Virus record (IMG/VR): IMGVR_UViG_3300032242_001752
Location: 24,563 to 88,562 of that record
Source: a virus
Length of the DNA: 64,000 nucleotides
Direction: 5' to 3' (one strand)
Below the pieces are notes generated by a model. That model did not search any database, had not been told where the DNA came from, and saw only the letters and a program-made list of their open reading frames with translations. Of the stretch, positions 58,128 through 64,000 are shown piece by piece. Made by a program: the position numbers and the translations under genes. Each line of letters opens with the position of its first letter. Position 1 is the first letter of the stretch.

Positions 58128-58207
58128 TTCTATTTCTCCTTGTAATAAGTTTGGCTTGTAATACGGATAGTTGGATAATGATAAGGCTTAGTAGTTTTAT
58201 TAGGCTA

Positions 58208-58897
58208 TTATTCATCATAGTTGCTACAGCACTCCAATAAACAGTAGCCACGCAGTTCCATACCGAGTTCGTGGGTGATTTCTACATCTTGCTCGTAGAT
58301 GTTGTTTCCGTCTTGCCAGAACGCAGACATAGCGAAACAGTCGTTTTCGTCAATACTAGATAGGCTTATCTTGATAGTAGGGTATTGCTCGGCAAGACTA
58401 TTTAGAGCCTCTACTGGTGGTGACCACGCACTATACATAGCATAGACCAGTTCTAGTGAGTTCTCAACAGGCTTATCATCAAAAGATAGTTCACCCATTA
58501 CTTCTAGGTCTAGGGTCGCCTTATCACCGATTTCCCACTTAGTTCCCCAGTTGCGACAGTTCCACTCATACCACTCGTCACCAGTCGCTAAGTCATGTAG
58601 TATCTTAGGCAAAAAGTTATCTAGGTTTTCATCTAGGTCGTCAGATAACTCAACAGGTTTATTTAGTTCTGCTAGGTCAGGGTCAGCGTTGATAATGTTG
58701 GTGAACTCTGCTTGTTCCTTACCAAGATACGCACTAAGGTTATTAGGCTTTATAATGTTCCATAGCAAGAATACGCCCTCAACCTTTTCCTCTGGATTAT
58801 GAGGATTAGCATAAGGCTTAGCAAGCCTATTCTTGATTTCAGTAACTATCTCTTGTTCACCAGTAATGGTGACTATACTACTCGCCCAGTTCGGCAT
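58208..58897 (-). CDS. DUF1281/YubB-like protein
   Basis: MPNW...WYEWNCRNWGTKW...SAWSPP. Confidence 0.8.
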   Translation of the reverse strand: MPNWASSIVTITGEQEIVTEIKNRLAKPYANPHNPEEKVEGVFLLWNIIKPNNLSAYLGKEQAEFTNIINADPDLAELNKPVELSDDLDENLDNFLPKILHDLATGDEWYEWNCRNWGTKWEIGDKATLDLEVMGELSFDDKPVENSLELVYAMYSAWSPPVEALNSLAEQYPTIKISLSSIDENDCFAMSAFWQDGNNIYEQDVEITHELGMELRGYCLLECCSNYDE

Positions 58898-59003
58898 TAG
58901 TCGTTCTCCTCAATACAAGTGTGGTTATTCCAATCTTGCTCGGCTGTTTCAGAATAGTTATCCACTATAAATCCACAATGATTACATTTAGTCCAGCGTG
59001 CCA

Positions 59004-59252
59004 TTAGTTTTCCTCTTTCTCTTTGATTAGTTCTGCTAGGTCATCAGCCAGTTCGTAACCAGTCTGAGTGAACTCTATGTGACCAGTTAGGGTGTCTTGT
59101 CCGTCTGCGACAAACTCAGCCCAAACTTGTTCTACTTTATCTCTTTCCAAGCCACTATCTACAAAATAGTTCTTGTCGTAATACTCTACAATGATTTCAT
59201 CATCTAGCGTATTGTCCTGTAATAGCATCTCTATTAGTTTTCTGACTTTCAT
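59004..59252 (-). CDS. Small acidic hypothetical protein
   Basis: ORF track; SD GAAAGGA. Confidence 0.6.
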   Translation of the reverse strand: MKVRKLIEMLLQDNTLDDEIIVEYYDKNYFVDSGLERDKVEQVWAEFVADGQDTLTGHIEFTQTGYELADDLAELIKEKEEN

Positions 59253-59360
59253 CTCTCATTTCCTTTCTGTGAAATGTAATACGATTCTATACCCCAACTC
59301 TCTCTCTTTACTACCCTGTGCGACATAGTGTTATCAAATCTTTATAAAAGCCTAACTAAC

Positions 59361-59442
59361 TTGTTGAGTTGGTAGCCATTTAGCCATAGCCCGTCGTCGG
59401 GTAAAAGAGCTGTTTATGGCTAAATGGCTACCAACTCAACAA
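59361..59442. repeat. IR element 2 (28-bp arms, 82 bp)
   Basis: TTGTTGAGTTGGTAGCCATTTAGCCATA...TATGGCTAAATGGCTACCAACTCAACAA. Confidence 0.95.
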
Positions 59443-59560
59443 AATAGATAAGCCCCACCAGCAAAACTAAGGAAAATGCTGGTGAGGCTTATCGCCAGAG
59501 AACCAGTCTGGCAAGGTTGGTAGGCTAGCCCCCGCAAAGAAACTAGCCCACCAAGTTTAT

Positions 59561-60121
59561 TTAGTATTCAGTAATCTCGGTGTCGTCATGACTAAATCCG
59601 TAACCACTGACCTCAAGGTCACTGTTGCTGATTTCAACATCTACGCAAGGGTTTAGGTCCTCTTCAATGTTTTCCCAGTCGTAACCTCTTGGTGCTGTAA
59701 TGTCTATGGTTCCCTTGACCATAATGCTAATAGTCTTGGTAACCTCTTGGTCAAGCCCGAAAATGTCGCACAACTTATCACGAACTTCCTCGTCAATGCT
59801 GTCCCACTCCTCGTTTAGCCACTCGTCAAGTTGCTCTACCTTACGCTTGTATTCGTTGATAGTCGCATACTTTTCGTTGTTGCTGGCTTCTTTTTCCTTG
59901 ATAACCTTGTTTAGTGCTACGAGTTCTTGCTGTAAGGTTGTATCAGGGTTGTTGCTAAACCAGACATTACCTACATACCCATAAAACTTTAGGTCATAGC
60001 CTAAAATCTCAACTAGGGGCTTGATAGGTGTTGTTGCTAGTTCTGTTAGACCTGCCTGTGCGATTTTCTCGTCTAGGGTCAGTTCTGGCTTTGGTTCTTG
60101 GTTCTCTAACATAGTAATCAT
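59561..60121 (-). CDS. Acidic coiled-coil hypothetical protein
   Basis: ORF track. Confidence 0.65.
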   Translation of the reverse strand: MITMLENQEPKPELTLDEKIAQAGLTELATTPIKPLVEILGYDLKFYGYVGNVWFSNNPDTTLQQELVALNKVIKEKEASNNEKYATINEYKRKVEQLDEWLNEEWDSIDEEVRDKLCDIFGLDQEVTKTISIMVKGTIDITAPRGYDWENIEEDLNPCVDVEISNSDLEVSGYGFSHDDTEITEY

Positions 60122-60158
60122 CTCTCTTTCTTGGTTGTCGGGATTTCTATGTATCTTT

Positions 60159-60208
60159 ATTATGCCTGATAATCTCTCTTACCCCACCGGTCGTTATCAA
60201 ACTGTTAC
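60159..60208 (-). promoter_or_regulatory. Box-type early promoter
   Basis: GTTAT-N6-GTTAC (60193-60208), GGGGTA, -10 CATAAT. Confidence 0.65.
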
Positions 60209-60227
60209 ATTTCAGATCACAATAAAC

Positions 60228-60310
60228 TTGTTGAGTTGGTTGCCTATTTGCCTATAAAGCCGTTTTATGCGCGCAAGCGAGCATAGGCAAATAGGCAACC
60301 AACTCAACAA
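60228..60310. repeat. IR element 3 (28-bp arms, 83 bp)
   Basis: TTGTTGAGTTGGTTGCCTATTTGCCTAT...ATAGGCAAATAGGCAACCAACTCAACAA. Confidence 0.95.
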
Positions 60311-60358
60311 AGCCGATAAGACCCCCCTGCCATTTGGCAGAGGGGCTTATCTGGCTTG

Positions 60359-61375
60359 TTAGGCGTTGGCGAACTCTAAGACAGTTCCTAGAATACGAGC
60401 CTTTTCGGCATTTACTACTGGGTCAAAACCAGAGGCGGCTCCAATTAGAGCCTCGCCACCCTTGCGACCAGTTCTAAAGTAGTCAATGCGTTCCGTCAAG
60501 GTGTTCAAGGCTCCCCATGCGGTTCCCTTGATGTTCTCGTTGGTAGGGCTGACTGACCAGAGGTCATGTAGCAAATCAACCTTTTCGTTCCAACGAGTAG
60601 TTGCTACCTTTGGACCAGTCACATCTGGCTCCTCGTAAATGGATTTTACGAGGGTATCAAACTGCGAATCGGTCATGGCGGTTTCAAACAACTTTTTAGC
60701 CATGAGTTCAAAGTTGTCCATGTGGTCAAAGGTAAGACCTAGAACTCTGCGAGCCTCCTCAATTCTGCCACCGACAGTTGCGGTGTGGCGAATCTTGAAA
60801 GACTGCTTAGAACCCTTGATAGCCATGTTTAGCGTGTTCTGGCAGACTACACGAACAGGGGTAATGTTCGCTTGAACTGCGGTAGACCCGTCATGCGAGG
60901 TGTGAACGAGCAAGTAAGTTGTGGTCTTGTCGTTAGCACCATTAGGGTCAAGAACGAACTCTCGGGGAACTACAAGCGAGCCGAACACGACACGCCCTCC
61001 CTTGATAGAGCCTGCTGATTCCCAAGTTGCTCCTCCGTCTAGGATTCCGTCACCAAAAGCGAACAGTTCCTCGTTTTGAACAACCTTGTATCTGTCACCG
61101 ACAACAGATAGAACCTCTGGTGTCTGGTCAAACGGATTATCACGAACTACTAACTGATTAGCGGTAGTGTTGCGGTAACCCTCTGGGATAGCCAAATCCT
61201 CTAACCGAACGTTCCAGTTATTTAGTTTGGCAGATTCTAGCATTTCGCTAGTTGTTACATGTTGGTCTTTATCAAACAATACATTTGCTAGACCATGCCA
61301 AGCGGGTTCACCTCTAAGGGCAAAAGCAACCTGACCATTTGAACCGATTTCTAAGGCGTGAGCCATAGTAATCAC
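60359..61375 (-). CDS. DUF932 (TIGR03299-type) phage/plasmid protein
   Basis: PAWHGL, YKVVQNEE, SHDGS, TPVRVVCQNT, IRHT. Confidence 0.88.
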   Translation of the reverse strand: MITMAHALEIGSNGQVAFALRGEPAWHGLANVLFDKDQHVTTSEMLESAKLNNWNVRLEDLAIPEGYRNTTANQLVVRDNPFDQTPEVLSVVGDRYKVVQNEELFAFGDGILDGGATWESAGSIKGGRVVFGSLVVPREFVLDPNGANDKTTTYLLVHTSHDGSTAVQANITPVRVVCQNTLNMAIKGSKQSFKIRHTATVGGRIEEARRVLGLTFDHMDNFELMAKKLFETAMTDSQFDTLVKSIYEEPDVTGPKVATTRWNEKVDLLHDLWSVSPTNENIKGTAWGALNTLTERIDYFRTGRKGGEALIGAASGFDPVVNAEKARILGTVLEFANA

Positions 61376-61416
61376 TCTCTTTCGTGTTTAGTGTTAGCGT
61401 TGTTGCCAACAAGATA

Positions 61417-61465
61417 AGACTATTAGTTCTCTCACATACCCCATCTGTCGTTATCAAATCGTAAT
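61417..61465 (-). promoter_or_regulatory. Box-type early promoter
   Basis: GTTAT-N6-GTAAT, GGGGTA, -10 TAGTCT. Confidence 0.65.
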
Positions 61466-61469
61466 AAAC

Positions 61470-61551
61470 TTGTTGAGTTGGTTGCTTTGTTGCTTTACAG
61501 CCTTTATGTCGTCCCGATAGACGACAAGCAACAAAGCAACCAACTCAACAA
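61470..61551. repeat. IR element 4 (26-bp arms, 82 bp)
   Basis: TTGTTGAGTTGGTTGCTTTGTTGCTT...AAGCAACAAAGCAACCAACTCAACAA. Confidence 0.95.
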
Positions 61552-61592
61552 AAAAAAGCCCCTCAGCGAGCATTTGTTCTCGCTGAGGGGCT
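61552..61592 (-). terminator. Rho-independent terminator
   Basis: A-run + AGCCCCTCAGCGAG...CTCGCTGAGGGGCT. Confidence 0.85.
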
Positions 61593-61631
61593 GGGGTTGG
61601 CGAGCCAAGACCAAAAGTCTCGCCAAGTTTA

Positions 61632-61976
61632 TTAGATTCGTTCTATGGTTCTTGTGTAATCCATAAGAGCCGAAATCTGCGTGTCGGCTAGTCCAACGGT
61701 TTCACCGTTTTCGTTATAGCCACCAGTAATAATCACATCTCCAACGATGTAATCGGTAAGTCCATAGTCCTCACTCCAAAGGGCAGTTGCGATAGGATTT
61801 TGGTCTAATCCGTTCAACTTGCCCTCCTCGTTTAGATAGAGGTCAATGTCCTTAGTAGGCAGGGGAACAACTTGTATCCACCCTCCTACTGCTTTCTGGG
61901 CAATGTTGAGGAAAGTGCCCTCCTCAAAATCAACCAGTTCCTTATTTCCGTCAGTGCGAATAATGAGTGCTTTCAT
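61632..61976 (-). CDS. DUF3846-family protein
   Basis: QKAVGGWIQ, NEEGKL, NPIAT, IVGDVII. Confidence 0.8.
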   Translation of the reverse strand: MKALIIRTDGNKELVDFEEGTFLNIAQKAVGGWIQVVPLPTKDIDLYLNEEGKLNGLDQNPIATALWSEDYGLTDYIVGDVIITGGYNENGETVGLADTQISALMDYTRTIERI

Positions 61977-62197
61977 TAGTCCTCCTCCTCCTCATCATCA
62001 ACATCACAAGAGAAACAAGAACCGTCTAGGTCTAGTTCTCGTTCACAACCACCACACACAGCCTCAAACTCAATGCTTTCGGTTCCTGAGTAGTGTGAGT
62101 TTAGGTCAGCCAAGAAAGCCTTTTCGGCTTGTTCTTGGGTTTCACCCTCTACTACACCCTCGTATTCATAGAGGGCTTTGATTCTGTAAAATGCCAT
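61976..62197 (-). CDS. Small acidic Zn-ribbon protein
   Basis: CGGC...CFSC. Confidence 0.6.
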   Translation of the reverse strand: MAFYRIKALYEYEGVVEGETQEQAEKAFLADLNSHYSGTESIEFEAVCGGCERELDLDGSCFSCDVDDEEEED

Positions 62198-62245
62198 TTG
62201 GTTCTCTCCTAATCGTTTTGTGTAGCCTCTGCTGACTACTCATTT

Positions 62246-62294
62246 AGTATGGCAGTTTCTCTACATACCCTACCCACCGTTATCATTTCGTTAT
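62246..62294 (-). promoter_or_regulatory. Box-type early promoter
   Basis: GTTAT-N6-GTTAT, AGGGTA, -10 TGcCATACT. Confidence 0.7.
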
Positions 62295-62303
62295 AAAGCT
62301 GGT

Positions 62304-62371
62304 CCAACTCAACAAAGCCCAAAGCCCGATCTTTTATTAGGGGCTTCGGGCTTTGGGCTTTGTTGAGTTGG
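62304..62371. repeat. IR element 5 (26-bp arms, motif in opposite polarity)
   Basis: CCAACTCAACAAAGCCCAAAGCCCGA...TCGGGCTTTGGGCTTTGTTGAGTTGG. Confidence 0.95.
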
Positions 62372-62373
62372 GC

Positions 62374-62415
62374 AAAAAAAAGCCCCCTAGCACTCTGGGA
62401 AAGTGCTAGGGGGCT
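62374..62415 (-). terminator. Rho-independent terminator
   Basis: A-run + GCCCCCTAGCACT...AGTGCTAGGGGGC. Confidence 0.85.
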
Positions 62416-62459
62416 GGTTGGTAGGGCGAAACGAAAGAAAAATCCCCTACCAAGTTTGT

Positions 62460-62666
62460 TTAGACATCAGGAATAGTTCCCTCGTTCTCGTCTGTATCCT
62501 GCCACCAGAATACATCTTGGAACTCGGTTGTATCTAAGACCTGCCACCAATCTAAGTCAAGATTGGTTTCGGGGTTTTGGATTTTTTCTATCGCCTGTTC
62601 TGGTGAATCTGCCTCAATTTTGGTTTCATACCAGATAGTCGCTTTTTGCTGAACTCTGTATTCCAT
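62460..62666 (-). CDS. Small acidic hypothetical protein
   Basis: SD GGAGGAG before ATG 62666. Confidence 0.6.
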   Translation of the reverse strand: MEYRVQQKATIWYETKIEADSPEQAIEKIQNPETNLDLDWWQVLDTTEFQDVFWWQDTDENEGTIPDV

Positions 62667-62813
62667 TTTACTCCTCCCCTGCCAACGGAACATCTCCGTC
62701 ATTGTTCAGGACTAGTTCAAGGTCGTATAGTGCCTCATCAGCACTCGTAGCCCCTGCGTGGTAGTCGCTATAAATAGCCTTTATAGCGTTTAGTTGCTGG
62801 TTGCTTAGTTCCA

Positions 62814-63047
62814 TTAGTTATCCCCCTCAACTTCGTCATCACAATTACAATCAGGGTCATCACAGCCACCTAGTTCTAGGTGAGCCTTGCGAGCCTCCTC
62901 TATCATTGCGAATACATCATTTAGGGCAGAGCCTAATAGGACTGGTTTGCGTTCTGGCTCAATAGGTTCTAGACCCTTGTATTCATCACAGATAAAACAG
63001 ACCTTAGTATCTACTGGAAAAACACTTCCACAAAATACACATTTCAT
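62814..63047 (-). CDS. Small Cys-rich protein
   Basis: CVFC...CFIC...CDDPDCNC. Confidence 0.6.
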   Translation of the reverse strand: MKCVFCGSVFPVDTKVCFICDEYKGLEPIEPERKPVLLGSALNDVFAMIEEARKAHLELGGCDDPDCNCDDEVEGDN

Positions 63048-63100
63048 TTTTGGTTCTCTCAACTTTCGTTTGTTGTTGTAGCCTTGTTGCTACAAGAAAA

Positions 63101-63149
63101 AGAATAACAACTCTCACGCATACCCTACTGGTCGTTATCATTTCGTTAT
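63101..63149 (-). promoter_or_regulatory. Box-type early promoter
   Basis: GTTAT-N6-GTTAT, AGGGTA, -10 TGtTATTCT. Confidence 0.7.
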
Positions 63150-63157
63150 AATAGCCC

Positions 63158-63232
63158 CCAACTCAACAAAGCCACATAGCCAAACACTTTTTATCTAATG
63201 GAGTGTTTGGCTATGTGGCTTTGTTGAGTTGG
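63158..63232. repeat. IR element 6 (31-bp arms, opposite polarity)
   Basis: CCAACTCAACAAAGCCACATAGCCAAACACT...AGTGTTTGGCTATGTGGCTTTGTTGAGTTGG. Confidence 0.95.
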
Positions 63233-63233
63233 C

Positions 63234-63271
63234 AAAAAAAAAGCCCCCTGCCGAGAGAGTGGCAGGGGGCT
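63234..63271 (-). terminator. Rho-independent terminator
   Basis: A-run + GCCCCCTGCC-gagagagt-GGCAGGGGGC. Confidence 0.85.
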
Positions 63272-63542
63272 GGCTTATTTAGTCATCTTCCCCGAAATAC
63301 TGCTCAGGGTCATACTCGGGTGGTTCTTCTGGTGAATACCAGTTTTTTTCGCAGGAGCAACAAGGTCGGTCTTCGCACTCACACATTAGATTTCTCCTCG
63401 TATTGAGCCTCGACAAAACACTCCCAGTCGTGTGAAGGGTCGTTTATCCACTCCTCGGCTTCGGCTTTGCTGGAAAAGGTGGGTGCCCAAGAAATAGGCA
63501 CCCAACCATAACCCTCGCCATAATCAGCGTAAACTCGCCACA

Positions 63543-63881
63543 TTAGTCTTGCTCCTCTGGCTCGTTCCAGTCGGTTCCGTCAAAGATTTTACCGTTTACC
63601 AGTTCACCAATCGCCCCAGAGTAGAGGTCAAAGTAATAAAGGTAAAGGTCGGTTTTTTGAAGGTCCTCAATAGATTCGGGTTTTTCAATCCCCATCTCTT
63701 TCCACCGATTCTGGTTTTCAAAGTCTAACTCTGTCCAGTCCAGTTGGATGTTGGCAGTATAAATTGGCACTGTGCTGTCTGCGTATTCACCTGCCGAGTC
63801 TTCTGGGTATCTCTGCGAGAGGATAAAGGCTCGGTCGTTCCAAATCTCCTCGTTTATTGCTTGTTGTGTGTAAAGGGACAT
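63543..63881 (-). CDS. Acidic hypothetical protein
   Basis: ORF track; start at ATG 63881 inferred. Confidence 0.6.
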   Translation of the reverse strand: MSLYTQQAINEEIWNDRAFILSQRYPEDSAGEYADSTVPIYTANIQLDWTELDFENQNRWKEMGIEKPESIEDLQKTDLYLYYFDLYSGAIGELVNGKIFDGTDWNEPEEQD

Positions 63882-63929
63882 TTCTCTCAACTTTCGTTTA
63901 GTGTAATAGCCTTGCTTGGCTACTTGTTT

Positions 63930-64000
63930 AGTATTTCAGGTTTAGCACATACCCCAGTTGGCGTTATCAAACTGTTATAAAGCGATCCCAACTCAACAAA
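63930..64000 (-). promoter_or_regulatory. Box-type early promoter plus start of IR element 7 (cut by window edge)
   Basis: GTTAT-N6-GTTAT 63963-63978; CCAACTCAACAA 63988-63999. Confidence 0.7.

Noticed and set aside
57591-63232. IR elements as integron attC sites or transposon ends
   Set aside because: No RYYYAAC/GTTRRRY ends with extrahelical bases, no target duplications, and no integrase or transposase in the window.
57591-63232. Likeness of AACTCAACA to actinobacterial rrn leader/processing-stem sequence
   Set aside because: Only a short word match, and the elements lie downstream of terminators. Kept only as an alternative hypothesis.
57591-64000. CCAACTCAACAA repeats as a CRISPR array
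   Set aside because: They are inverted pairs separated by whole genes, not direct repeats with uniform spacers. The Cas4-like gene at 39019 is in a recombination operon with no other cas genes.
1-64000. Stop-codon reassignment
   Set aside because: Long genes translate intact with code 11, and no suppressor tRNA is present.

Overview
64 kb of a large lytic myovirus-type phage, most likely infecting a low-GC (freshwater-type) actinobacterium: it carries WhiB, NrdH and GAAAGG-type SD sequences, and its gene order resembles Bxz1/E3/BRock-like actinophages. 1-18.7 kb (+): small basic proteins and a contractile tail/baseplate module. 18.7-25.9 kb (+): initiator, DnaC-like loader, DnaB, primase, SNF2 helicase. 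25.9-28.9 kb (-): lysis/membrane genes and a PA14 coiled-coil protein. 29-30.7 kb (+): NlpC/P60, tRNA-Thr, Hsp20, an RNA operon and tRNA-Asn. 30.7-50.6 kb (+): Dam, DenV-like glycosylase, SSB, Pol A, RecA, WhiB, Cas4-like nuclease, RuvC, SpoVS, metallophosphoesterase and an NTase-HAD-TGT-like trio. 50.8-64 kb (-): putative early arm. Main observations: (1) an 80-nt tmRNA made only of the tRNA-like domain (G3.U70, no mRNA-like domain), co-transcribed with an unidentified GNRA-rich RNA; (2) an early arm almost free of GC-containing 4-bp palindromes and built of repeated modules (terminator, perfect 26-31 bp inverted repeat capped by invariant CCAACTCAACAA, GTTAT-N6-GTTAY box promoter, 5' hairpin); (3) two candidate programmed frameshifts (+1 at UUU_CGU in the tail chaperone, -1 at U_UUA_AAA adding a hydrophobic tail to the PA14 protein). 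All family calls are from motif recognition by eye; no searches were run.
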